A stretch of DNA of 64,000 nucleotides, taken from contig CM120640.1 of assembly GCA_051362555.1 (NCBI GenBank), positions 65,450,788 to 65,514,787 on the forward strand, given 5' to 3'. A model generated the notes under the pieces. It saw only the letters and a program-made list of their open reading frames with translations. It was not told the DNA's origin and ran no database searches. The position numbers and the translations under genes were made by a program. Positions 26,401 through 39,400 of this stretch are shown here, in pieces (within the stretch, counting starts at the first letter, position 1; every line of letters begins with the position of its first letter). Source of the DNA: Lingula anatina. Lineage: Eukaryota > Animalia > Brachiopoda.

Positions 26401-29400
26401 CTGTTTATTCATTCATTTATTGTGAATAATGAAATTGCCCTTTAAATTGGGTGAGATAAACAGATCTAAATTTTCTGTACAACATTCAATAAATGCCAAT
26501 GAAAAATGTGCAAAATTTTTTAAGAAAATCAACCACAGACAAGTCATTCTAACCTCACAGATCCCTGGCTAAATTTAGCTTAAGCCAACATACGAACACA
26601 AGGAGTTTGCAAATGTACGTCATAGTTGCATTAAGATTACTTAGTAACAAACCTCAGAACTAATCACTCTGTATATTACATTCCTATCATTTAACTTGCT
26701 GACATCATTATCCACATTTATAGAAAGCAGGATGTAATCTTAGCAATTCAGAAAGATGCTAATTTGTGGAGATGCATTAATTCCATATTCATCCTGTACG
26801 TGTTACGTGAAGATTATCTTTACAGAATTAAGTTAATTCTAGCTAGAAAGGTGCCAAACAGTAAAAAAAAGGTATCTTATGAAACCCACATTAGGAAATG
26901 TAATACTTGACCATCAACTTAAATGTTTAATAATAATCAGAAACATGAAATAATTTATTTTAGACCATACTGGTAGGTACAATGCTATAGCCATCTGATC
27001 AAGCCATCTAGATGTTTTGAAACAATGCCAGTCTTAGAATATGGCTAATGCAGTGGAGATTTGACTATCAGCTTCAGACCATACATATAGAGATTGAGCT
27101 TTATTCTAAGATACAAGGACCAACATAAAAAATGTTTAAGATGATTTTTATTGAATGCCTCTTTGCAACCCCACAAACACAATTTGTGCAGCATTGTTTG
27201 TAAACAATAACTTTTGCTGACTCGTTAATCATAATATTTCAGATGATAAGTCTTATTGAATATTTAATATATATTTTTTACTCCTAAGGTCATAAAATGT
27301 AACACAGGCAACAATTTGTTACACTAGCTGTTAAAATGATTAGGATACTGGGGCCAAATCTTGAAGAACCAATGTGTTTTGTTGCCTTTTTTCTTGGTGT
27401 GAATGGGACTATGAAGGTTTGTGGTAAACTGGGATGGAAGAGACATAAAAAATGTTTAGGTGAATATATAAGATACCTGATCCATAACCCAGCTGCATGG
27501 TGGGCTGAATTACACTGAGCCTGTGTTCAATATATCAATGGATAACTTCAAAGTATTTATATACAATTACCCAATCCAGCTTCAATAATGACCTTAATAA
27601 AACTAATATTACCCCACCTACCATGATATCAGCCTCAACGTGACTAGAAATAAACACAACTTGATAACAAAATACACAGCCCACCTTCTAATGAAGTCCA
27701 TGAGCCATCTTTGCTGTTTCATTATCCATATTGTATGGTACACATACATTGAGTAATAGCTCATGAAAAAAAATCTCTACAATGTGGAAAGCCTCGCAGT
27801 TCTCTCACACATTACAAGCAGTTATCCCAGAAATCACCAGCAGGTTCTCCAGGTCGCTGTGTCCCTGCTCTGCTGGCTAACAGAGGCTGAGAGTATCCCA
27901 GGAGTAATGTATCAATGCTGCTGTGACTCATCTCCTGATACAACCCAATGCACATTATGTGAGGAGAATGGAGAGATATGTAGCATTTGCCTCCAAGAAA
28001 TTGATTGGTGCTGTGACATTTACAAGCTAAAAAAGTGATATATGACATGCTACCCTTTACATAGAAAGCTACTCTACCCCATATATATATATATATATAT
28101 GTGTGTATTAATGTGTGTGCATATATTTTGTTTGTTTGCTACGCATAAATTAATTATGTTCATTATATTGCAGCTTTATCCCATTATTGAGTTTATCATA
28201 TCTGAATTTTTGGGATCCCATTAGCACATTAAGTCTCGATCTACCAAATGCTAAAAAATCTGGCTTAACAAAATGTTAAATTCTTGGATAAATCTGATTG
28301 TGCTGAAAATATGAAGCATACACTGTAGCTAAAACAAAAAGTATGCCAGAATAATCCAAGAAATTTATTTCTAAATACATAACTTTATATGTTAGTTACC
28401 TAGAATACACAATATGTATAGATCATTAGCTGTACCACTGCCATCCTATTACCTGTGCCAACATTAACGCTACATTATCATATGTTGTACAGACTTCAAA
28501 TATCACACCGTCTCCAGTGTTTATCAAAGATCCACTAAAAAAAATTATAACTTATCCTGTCAATACCTCAAGAAATCCACATCATATTCTCTATGTTTCT
28601 ATCAATACCAAAGTGGTAACTGTTATCTGGAAGAGCTCGAGGACATCAATAAAATGACAAGTTGTTCAGTGATGAAGTGATAATATTGTTTTAACTCCCT
28701 CCAAAAGAGTTGTCATTCCTTTAGGAATCAATAAAAGAGATAAAACCTGTGATAAAAAATTCACTGGAATCAATTTTTCATATAAAAACAAGCAACTGGC
28801 TTTTGTTAGAGAAATGTTACAGAGAAAGAAAAAATTCATAAAAGTGTACAGAAGTACTACATTTTTCTACTTTCTTTAATGCCATTTTTAATGTGGAGTT
28901 ATAACAGGAGGTAAACTTGAACAGCTTTGGGAGTAAAAGTAAATAATGCTGGATGAAATGACTTCAGAACTACACAGTAAATGGATAGTTTCACATATTT
29001 TATATAGTCCTTAAGTTGTATATCATTAGTTAATTTTTTTCATATTACAAACATTTTCTCATAAAAATGATTAAGAATCTTATATCAAATCTTCTGAAGC
29101 TGTTTTACCCAGAGGTTTATTAAGATCAACTTTAAAAACAACTTAAGTGTTAGGGAAAAGGGCTTATTCAAGCAATGCTACTAGAACACTGCCAATTGCT
29201 GAGCATGGAATGTGCTTTAATGAATAACTTTAAAGTGTGCTGGATGTTAGGCTGCATTTACCAACAAAACTTTGTTGGTAGTTTCCAGTGGAGTCATAAC
29301 TTGATGCAGTAAAGCTTAATGTTCAGACACTAAAAAAAGGTCCTTACCTGAGAACCAGCTTCTCTTCTTCCACTTCAAATTCCTGCAAAAAAGAATTGCA

Positions 29401-30615
29401 TCAGAACATGAATCATCAATTAAAACATACAAATCAGTAATGAGTTCAAGTTACACTTACAGTACATATGTTCAAACATTTTCATATGCAGTCTACTAGT
29501 AGATTAAGACACACAGTGGCCAGAAAGATAGATCCCATACATATTGTATTAATCAATAATGAATAAAAAGAATTAATTTTGATTTCAATTAAAGGGACTA
29601 TAGATGATATTTTAATGCAATTTTTTTTTCTTGACCAACTCTTCAATTTGACAGTTAAGCAACAGACTGTAGCCAGCTTGCAATAGTGGGCTATCCGTCC
29701 TTACGGTTGACCCAACTTAAGAAATGGCATAGATTGATTCTGTGCAGACAGAAAGGTTGGTTTTTTTTTAAACCATCCCAAACCTCCAGCCTACAGGCTT
29801 ATACAACCATCCCTCTATAATCAATATAAATTAAGTTTTGATAATGATGGTTAAAAACATACAGCCCCAAAACAAGCTTTAAAGACTTTTTTCATTAGCC
29901 TTCTGCCAATAAAGCAGTTAGATGTTACATTGTCACTTGACATAAAGAGCAATGTTTGAGTAGTTACAGGTATATGGTGGATATCAATTTCATTTTCTAA
30001 ACAAGCCAATGTTGCAACATAAGTGTATGCCTTTAAGATGTACTAGGGTAAACATCAGTCATCACATTAGAAAGATGTTACAATAAAAAGGTATGTTTAA
30101 AAAATAAAATTTCTAGTACATCTACTTTGGTAGATCTTGTTAATTCATCAACGTTAAAATTATCTGTTACTTTGGTTAGGTGAAAATGTTATTTTGTTTT
30201 TTAAAACAAAGAATTTAAATTAAATTGAAACAAAACTTAACCCCATTCTACAACCCCAATGGCCATGAACCGCTTTCAAGCGGCGAGGAACTGAGAGAAT
30301 TGTTGGATATTTAGCAAAAGTTGAAGTATAAAAGATACAGGCAAAGGAGTAGTGTAATGCCAACCCCAGGGTGTCAGACTCAAGATTAACACTGGGGGAC
30401 AGTCCGACTTAATTGGGGAATGTTGCCGGTGTGCATGCATTAGTAATTCCCAAACACAGTTGAAAATATGTACCACTTTGAACACCATTTAAGCAAGGTA
30501 GCAATTAGATGATACACACCTTTGCTCGCTTTATGACATCAAGCAACTTCTGCTTTTCCTCTTCGGATAAACCTTCTAAATTTGGGCCATCGTCTCCTCC
30601 TCCTACCGCAGCCAT
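15747..30615 (-). CDS. OSBPL11: Oxysterol-binding protein-related protein, ORP10/11 subfamily (PH + ORD), ~20 exons: 30615-30520, 29382-29348, 26171-26066, 25790-25740, 25437-25356, ~24411-24332, ~23881-23748, ~23642-23531, ~19932-19891, ~19741-19629, ~19401-19303, ~19079-18945, ~18610-18524, ~18180-17949, ~17686-17595, 17239-17079, ~16806-16687, ~16489-16328, ~16160-16095, ~15800-15747
   Basis: PH domain [23 protein letters not shown] segment [49 protein letters not shown] and fingerprint EQVSHHPP. Ends [17 protein letters not shown]. Closest in recalled sequence to OSBPL11/10. Confidence 0.9.
18700..18910 (+). repeat. 40-bp intronic minisatellite (cccagattacaaccataatgtgggcattcatggcaaggca), about 5 copies
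   Basis: Direct tandem copies visible. Confidence 0.9.
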
Positions 30616-31150
30616 GTTGTCACTGCAGCACAGGGAACAGGAACCAGCTGGCGATCGCTGCGCCCTCTCTGGCAAAAGAATGTTTACATTTTTAGGACAG
30701 TAATAAAGGCCACCCTTGGCTCTAAAAATAAGCTCCTGATCACACCAAGGTCTTCCCTACATTTGAATAAAAAATTAGAAAGGCAAATATATTAATTTGT
30801 AATATGATGACTTTTTTCTACTTCAACGTTTAAACAAAACTCATTTTACGATCCCGAAATGTAAATTTACTTGTACCGTTAAATTCATAAAAAACTTATC
30901 ATTTAACAGCATCGAATTTACTTTTTCAAAAACCTGTTTCTTTTTTATTTGAAAATTTGGCGTAAAATCACATATGATTGCACAAGCGACCACTTCTGAG
31001 ACAGGTGCGACTCTCCTATAATTAGAGTCCAGAAAAAGATTCTCCTAAGAACTGTGGGATCGCATGCCGCCATTATTGTGAATCGGAGCGAGAAATATAC
31101 TGCAAATTCAGGCGTGCGAAGCATCGAAAGACGTCTTTATATCTTTATCA
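30616..31150. promoter_or_regulatory. Bidirectional promoter between OSBPL11-like and CCDC24
   Basis: Divergent genes with CpG-containing patches at both ends. CTCF-like gcgccctctctgg at 30660-30672. YY1-like motifs gccgccatt (~31066) and caacatggctgc over the OSBPL start codon. Confidence 0.6.
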
Positions 31151-31937
31151 CAATGGACTAGTGATGAATTTTGGTATCCATTAGGTGCTAAAAGGTAAGA
31201 ACCTGTTGGATTTCTTTACCGAGAGAAGGTAGAATTCGATTGTTTTTGAGAGGATGTGAAACTGACAGCGCACCCTTGACAACATGTAAACTATATGTGG
31301 TGTCAGTCTATGCACATTATTTTGAATGCCACATTTAAGGTAAGAGTTCAAATGATCTAATCGAAAGGAAGTATTTTATAATGAGTGTTAAATAAAATTG
31401 ATTTATTTTATCATAAATCCATATCTGAATTTGCAGATTTGATGGCAAGCGTTGCACATTTATAACTGTAAATGTGATGTTTTGAATTGAAAGAGGATTT
31501 TCAGTGCAAAGCCAAAACCCTCTAAATATTGTCCGGTAGCATCTGTTACATTTTGCCAGATATGTGCAGCTTCTTTTCTATATTTGACTGGAACTACCAC
31601 AATTGGAAAGTGTCAGCAGGTTCAGAATTCTATTTTTTCAGTTTAACATTATTTTAAAGCATTTTACTGCTGCCCTTATGGGTGATGATACAGCATACTG
31701 CCTGTTACATTCACTTATCTAAGCATGAAGATGGTAGTGGATAGCTAGGTAACAGTTTACAGTGTGTTAGTGTAAGTTTCTCTCTCTTTTTGTGTCAAAG
31801 GACTTCTCATATTGATGCATATCGTTCAGCAGTGTACAATAGTTATAGACATGGCCATTGTTTTGTATTATAGAATTTCACTAGAAAAAAAGAAAAGGCA
31901 AGATGTAGACCAGAGTGGGTTTTAATCAGTCTCCATT

Positions 31938-34900
31938 ATGGCCAGTACATTTGACGTGTATGCCTATGAACCTCCATTGTCTCTGTGGGAACTGGTAAAG
32001 CATCATGTACCAGAGCATGAGCAGGAGGAAGTGAAGGACATGCTGGGAGAGTCCCTGGTGGAACAAAGCCTAGAGCTGCATGAGGAGGCATGATTTTGAT
32101 TTAACATTGTTTATATCTAAACTTTGGCATATATTATTAATTTTAATTAAGTAAAATTATATTTTGAATTTAATAATCAGATATTGAAATGTTAATAATG
32201 GTATAATGTATAACTTAAAGAAGTAAAGTTCATGACTCATGTTCTATGTGGCAGGTGAATACATTGCTGGACATATGGCGAGATTACAGAGATGATACCA
32301 ACCAAACAGTACAGAGATCTCAGATGTTTGAGCCTCCACTAGTCAGAGACAGGCTAAAACAAGAAATCAAATTCTTTGTTGACAGCTTGAGGGAAAAAGC
32401 ACAGAAAAATGGAAGGTCAGCAGGACATTGTCTATATTCTAATAAATTAAATTTCATTTTAACATTGATTTTTGATAACATGCTGTTTATTAATCAGTCA
32501 CATGAAATGTTATTGTTAATCTTTAGTGTTATCATAAGATATTCACCCACTTGGAAAATATGGAAAACTGAAGCAAAATTAATTCATTTGATATTTTCTT
32601 GCTTTAAATTAATATAGACTTCAATTTACAGGGATCCGTCTTTGGTCCTGTCAAGACATAATACAGAGGTTATCGAGTATGCACTAGACAAAAAAAGTAT
32701 GTGAAATTGTTCCAAATTGCACTGTTTTTTGGTTGCTCTTCAATGATTTAAAGTTCTTTTAACATTAATAGATACTATAATCACATTAATTCAGCTTTAT
32801 TTGAATAAGTATTCAATACATTTTGATACATTAAAATACTTCATCTGGTTCAAAGTTTTTAAATATTTATTGTACGACAACTTTGTCAAATTCCAGGGCC
32901 AGGTAGTGCAGAGACCTCTTCCCGCCCTTCAACGGCCAGAAGTTCACGTGACGGCAGGGAAACCCCACTCACTAGACTCACACCAACAAGTGACAGGTGG
33001 GCTGCACAGGATGGCAACTGAATTTATACCATCACTGTATTTTAGTGTTATGCTATTGTAAATAATAAGGCAAATGGAAGATGCATTTTGTGACCTGTGT
33101 GTTGCAAACTTTTTGATAACTTATTTTGTGGGCTTATGGCAAAAAATAAACTTCGGTTTTTTATAGAAACTCAGTGAAAATCACACAGTATTGGTAATTT
33201 TGAATACCCATTTTGGTTGAGTGTGTAGCATTTTCCTGATCTACTATTGCTGGTACACATATCTGTTTCTGAGGTCGTCTTTTCATTCTTATCCAGAGCT
33301 TCCACGCTGAGTGACGATGTGGAGTCTATGAATGATAAGCTGAATGTACTGAAACTGGATGATGTTGTTCTTCATTTAAGGTAAATGTTTATGAAGATGA
33401 TGTAATGATAGTGTTAAGAACAGAATGCAAAATATGATGACATTCACTGTCAAAGTACATGTAAGCATCAGGTAAGACTTGTTGAGAACCAATAGTTTTT
33501 AAGGATTTTGAAAAAAGAATATTACCACAATAAAGTCACTGAATAACAGTTTGATAACATTTCATGATGTGATTTCCAGAGAAACCATGGAAGAGGAAGT
33601 TAACCAATTGCTCAGAGATATAGCCTTCCTTCAGGTGAGATGTTCTCATCTGTCCTTCTTTTAATTAATTAATTTCAAAGAGACAGATGAAAAATATTCA
33701 CATTTTGGCACAATGTACACATTCAAATGACTTTAAGCATATTATTTCTCACCACTGACCACCGGAGATCTCTGCCCTCTGTCCAACTCTGGAGATACTG
33801 TCTTCTGGTCATCCCTGGTGATATCTGCTCTATATCCATCTCTGGAGATACTGTCTTCTGGTCATCCCTGGTGATATCTGCTCTATGTCCATCCCTGGTG
33901 ATATCTGCTCTATATCCATCTCTGGAGATACTGTCTTCTGGCCATCGCTGGATATACCTGTCTTGTTCCCATTTCCTGAAATATCTGCCTTCTGTCTAGC
34001 CCTAAACATATCTGCTTTATGTCCATCCCTGGAGATACTGCCCTCTGTCCATCCCTGGAGATACTGCCCTCTGTCCATCCCTGGAGTTATCTGCTCTATG
34101 TCCATCCCTGGAGTTATCTGCTCTATGTCCATCCCTGGAGATACTGCCCTCTGTCCATCCCTGGAGTTATCTGCTCTATGTCCATCCTTGGAGATACTGC
34201 TTTATGTCCATCACTTGATATACCTGACATGTGTCCCTTCCTGGAAATATCTGCCTTGTGCCCATCCCTGGAGATATCTTGAAGGTAATGTCCCCTCTCA
34301 GGTAAGATCTGGGCAAAGATAACTTTTCTCTGTACTACTTCATCTGTCACAACTCCTAATTTTCATAATTTGGAACTAATGTATACAGTTACTAAATATT
34401 TAACTTTGAAAGTTACCTGCAATTCCAGGAGTGCCTTCAAGGAGAGGTGGACTACAGAGATGAGGCTCAGGCTGAGGAGCCTTCAATCACAGGTAAGACA
34501 AATCAGAAGTATATGAGCACTGTAGGTAACATGCTTTCAAAGGACACATTTTTGAATTAAGAAACAAATGCAAATAACATTTTGTGACCGATTTTCACAC
34601 ATAGCCTCAAAAGTAAAATTTTGTTTATATATGTTGATGTTTTGTAGAACTTCAGAAAGAAAGAGGTCATCTAGAGCAGGAGCTGTTATCAGATGTGGTT
34701 CCTAAAGCAAGTGGACCAGGGCTGGTCAAGTCAGGGTTGTTTAAGCCTACAGTGGGGACAAGGTAAGTTTGTGTTCTTTAAGAACAGCTGTTGAAAAATG
34801 TTAACCAAATACATAACTCATCACATTGTATGTTAAGCACTGCCCACTGTTGAACAGAGGAAAGTTGTAAAACACATTTCTACTCATTTTATTATTTCTA

Positions 34901-35424
34901 TGAATGTATCACTGTCTTCTACCAGTAATCAGAAGTCACATTGTTCACACATAATCATATTGTAAAAACATTTGTTTCACATCAGGCGGGTCCCAGAGCC
35001 CCTAAAGCCATTACCAGCCAGTCCTAGCTCACCTAAAAGACAGCCTGGTCCCATGAAGGCCTCCCATGACATTCCACTGACCACCACCAGCACCGAGTCC
35101 AGACCTGGGTCAGACCAGGGGGTCAGGAAGACCCGGCTGACCAGAATGGACAGTGCAGGGTCTGCTAACAGTGATTCTTACCTAGAGGTAGCCTCCAATG
35201 GTGCAAGGGGTGAGGGACAAAGAAGACATTCAGGGGAGGTTGATACCTCTGCATTTAGGACTAAACACAGACTTATCAGAATTGGCTCCCTGCCAGCAAG
35301 CCCTCAGAGTTCTCCGTCCCCAATCTTGACTCCATCTCCACCAACCTCAGCCAATCCTAGTCATAGGCGGCCTGCCTCTGTGAGACTTAGGAAGTTGGTG
35401 GTTGATGGGACAGATAAGACATAA
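31938..35424 (+). CDS. CCDC24: Coiled-coil domain-containing protein 24: exons ~31938-32087, 32255-32415, 32632-32696, 32896-32996, 33297-33380, 33580-33633, 34429-34492, 34648-34762, 34986-35424; probable non-coding first exon ending ~31194
   Basis: EPPLSLWELVKHHVPEHEQEEVKDMLGESLVEQSLELHEEV...PPLVRDRLKQEIKFF matches the CCDC24 N-terminal pattern (SLWELVEEHVP...EVK.ILGE...SLEL..EV). The first coding intron needs a GC donor at 32088. Confidence 0.8.
33765..34310 (+). repeat. Intronic minisatellite with ~24-25-bp units (ccatccctggagatactgccctctgt and variants)
   Basis: Visible tandem array; source of the spurious repetitive ORFs between 33727 and 34350. Confidence 0.95.
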
Positions 35425-36481
35425 GATCTTCTTTTCTTGCTTCTGGTTGTTTTTATTATTCTTTAAAACAGTTATAGAAGGAAAATAAGTTGACTTGAAA
35501 AGTGTGGATGTGTAATTAAAAAGAAAAAACCTCTGAAGAACTGGTTCATTACTATCAACTTGAAACAAGTCTTAAGGGCAATTTAGAGAAAATTCTTTCT
35601 CATAGAACAGGCAAAGCTACATTTTAGCTGTTGTCTGTGATAAAGCAATCAAATCATGCTTTAAGGCTGAGAGTATGTGCGGGTTTTTCTTGATAGCTTG
35701 TCCCATTGGGTCAGGGACGCAGACCTGCCTTGTGGTCATTTCTGCCAATGTCCACAAACTCTTCCATCCCACCATGCCACTAATATGAAAACCACAAGCA
35801 TTATTTTACAAAGTTGCTGGCAATTTTTTGCATTGTGTACACATGCTGTGATATGTACATTGTAATTATCATCAATTGTAATACTATATTATTGTTGGTG
35901 CTTTTAGAAATACAGTTGGTTTGAAATGTGTCGAGTTCATGCATCTGCTTGGATATCTTTTATTTGTAAGAAGGGAAGTATTATTGTACACAAGTTTTAC
36001 AATTGAAGTATTTATTTCAAATACAGTTTGTAGCCTTTTAATAGCAACATTATATTCTTTCTTTTAATGGGATAGATAAGTTGAAATACTCCCTTTGCTC
36101 ATTAAAATTATAAAACCAAACTGCAGTGAAGGCAAAAATTGATTCATCATTGAGTTTTTTGAAGACGGTTTTAAAAGATTAGGACATTTAAAAGTAGAGT
36201 CAATATAGTGAAATGTTCTTCCATCTTGTAGCCCATTTTTTCCAAAGTTAAGTTGATAAAAATGTATTCCCCAAAATGAAAGACGTTCCAATCTCCAGGA
36301 AATGGAAAGTACATAACCTCTTAGTCAGCACTCTATGCTAATACTTGACAATTAATATAGCAGGCATATATCAACTTTGTTAACACTGCTTTGATGATCT
36401 AAAATAATACTCTCATTGCAAACATTTTCTGAAAGTTCCAAGAAATGAGGAAATGTGACATCTTGATCACGGGGCATATCT

Positions 36482-39400
36482 CTATTGTTCAATTTCGCTG
36501 ACAGTCCTTAGGGCATAGGCCACGTCGTCCTGACTGACATTGAGGCGCACTCTCTGGTGCAAATCATTACGTCCACTCTCTACCAGCAGCAGACGATAAC
36601 TTCCCAGGCGGGAGCAGATGGATGCTACCTCTGACGCAGTGGGAGGAGTAATGCCTGCAGGAAATATGACACTTTTCATACAAATAGTTTGTCAGTAGAA
36701 GGGGAAACATTCATATACATGTTTCAGCAAAGTTATTCATGTATTTTTTTGCTGCAAACCACTCAGCTGGCTTCATACTTATTCAAAGTTTGAAGTTGCT
36801 ATATAAAGCAAGTGAAGTTACATTGACAACCAAAAATATCTGAACTGTTCTTAGATGGTCTTACATTTTGAGACAAAAAAAGAAAGTTACCTTCAAACCT
36901 GCAGAGAGCTATGTGCTGTCTAAATATCTTGGAGAAGGCTGCCTCCTCCAGTCCACTCCTCTGGAACTCTGCCAGCACTGCCTTTAGGAACAGCTGCTCC
37001 TGTGCAGAGGCATTCCTAAAGTTAAAGTAGACCTTATCTAATTAAAGGTCATAGACTACAACTTTTTCCTTCTTTTTGTCCAAGAGAATTGGTCACTTTT
37101 TAAAGATTGAGACCTAAGTTTAGTTAGATTTTTTTACACAAAAATAAAGTTGGCTTGTAAAATATTTTACCTCATGGCTACAATTTTTGGTGATGAGAAC
37201 ATTTCCTGGATGGCAGTGTCAACATGTTCCATCTCCACTAGGCCTGGCTGGTTCTTCTTCTTGGCTTGAAATTCTGCAATTTCTGTGGCTCTCCTGCATA
37301 TATCAAGGGCTCTTCTTGCATCACCTGACACTGCTGCCACCTACACATTAGTAATTTTTACATGAAACAATTTGAAGTGGTTCAAAACACTAATTAGTGT
37401 TTTATGTAATGGTTTGGTAAAAAAGCTCAACATAGATTCAGTCATCTGTCAAACCAACTATACTGAAAACATGGCTTTGAACTCCAGTGCAAAATTACCA
37501 TTCCAAGGTCTATAGATGGTGGACTGAAAAGTATGGTTGACTCCTGTTATTTAGTCTCCAAGAAAAAACTAATTCTGTTTTATCTTCCTATCTAGAGACC
37601 AAGAAAAACTCATACTTTTCTGGCTGCCAACTGTATTGCATCTTCGTTGAAGGCTTTCACCCCCTTCATCCTTGATAACACTATCTCCTGAAGCTGCTTG
37701 TGTGTGTATGGCTGGAATGTCATTCGTGTCAAACCCTAAAATTGCAATAAAAATCTAATGTTGCCAACCTCTTCTGTTTGAAGATGTGACTGTCTGTGTC
37801 AAAGTTGAGTTTTTGGAAATGCCAAAACGACAAAAAAAAAACAAAAAAGTCTAATACTTGCACTATCTGAGCAAACTGCAAGAATTCTCACAATTGTTGA
37901 AAAAAAAGCTTATTAAATGGTAAACTGGTTACATTGTGGAGATTTAATACTTACTAGTCTACTGGACACTCTGTTCATCATAATTCTCTCAGGTAAATCC
38001 ATGGTATTGGCTACAGCAAGCACAATAAGTCTGGCATGGGGTTTGGTGGGCCAATCAAAGATGTTGTACAACACATTCTGTTTTTTTGTCCACAGCAAAT
38101 CCAACTAAATAAAAGATACATCATGATCAGATATAAAGCTCATATTTTCAAGCATATATGTCATGCAAATTTCAGGATTTATCAATCAGCAACATTACCT
38201 CATCCACCAGTAGCACAACAGTCTCTCTCCTGGGCGCTGCTGTGTTGAACCTCTTTTCCAGCAGGGCAGCTGCATGGTCAGGAGTGGCCTTAGCTCCAGT
38301 CAGTTCCTAGAAAACAACGTTGCCAGCCAATTTAACCAAAAAAGAGCAAAATAATGTGCTAAGCTCAAAACATGTTGATTTACAACTTGAAACAAAAGAA
38401 ACAAGGTAGTGCTACCTAAAAATTTCAAGTTTACACATGTAATAGCTTGCAAGCTTCAACAACTGAGTAATTGACACTGTAAATGAAAGCTGTATAAAGG
38501 TAAATTCTAAAGCCAATAAGGCAACTGACTGGCATCACGACAGGAAGTAAACATTATGTGGCTAGTGGTAGTTTGTAGATTAAAAGTCACCTTCAGTAAC
38601 TCTACATAGGCTTGATGTGGGTCTGTCAGTCTCATTCCGTTGAGTTCAATGAAGCGGAATGAATTCCCTTCATCAGTCTTACTCTGTAGTTGTAGTTCTC
38701 GTATCACTTCATGCACAGTGGCAGTCTTCCCTGTGCCTGGCACACCAGATATGTACATACAACTGGAAAAGAACAACACTATGACTAATGAAAACACAGA
38801 CAGAATCTAACAGGAAAATGTGATAACATTACCTGTATTCATAAAATCTGAATAAAAATTGTCATTATGCTCTCCAAAATATAATCTAATACTTTCAATT
38901 TCATCTCCAAAGAACCCCAAAGTACAAATTCTTTTCTTCTTCTACTAACCCACTGGTTTTATCTAAGATGTGACCATCCACAAATTGGAAGATATCCTGG
39001 AACTCCTGGTCCCTGCAGGGCAGGGTTTCTGGCACAGCAGATACATGAAGTCTGAAAAACATGCAAACCATTTGACATTTTCAAATCTCCAGGGGTACAA
39101 TATTGCTACAAGTAAAGCAATAGCTGAAAAATGACCTTTCTTTTCTTTCTTTTATCAAATTAGTTGATCACTGTAACCCCCACCGGCCAACTCAACCCCC
39201 TTACCTGGCTCTTGCTTGCTCCAGTACTGTTCTGGGTGTGGCACAAGCTTTGACACGGCTTGGGATGGATGGAGTGGCCTTACTTCTTGGAGTCTTTAAC
39301 ATAAGATTATAAAGAGAAGAATATATCAGAAAAACAGTAAATACTGAGAAAACATACTAAACATATGGACTGTGTCACTGCATTATGGAACAATTTTTAA

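Noticed and set aside
33765-34310. Possible CRISPR-like array (also 18700-18910 and 10993-11380)
   Set aside because: Contiguous degenerate units without unique spacers, eukaryotic intron context, no cas genes.
33727-34350. Overlapping repetitive ORFs on both strands
   Set aside because: Produced by the intronic minisatellite.
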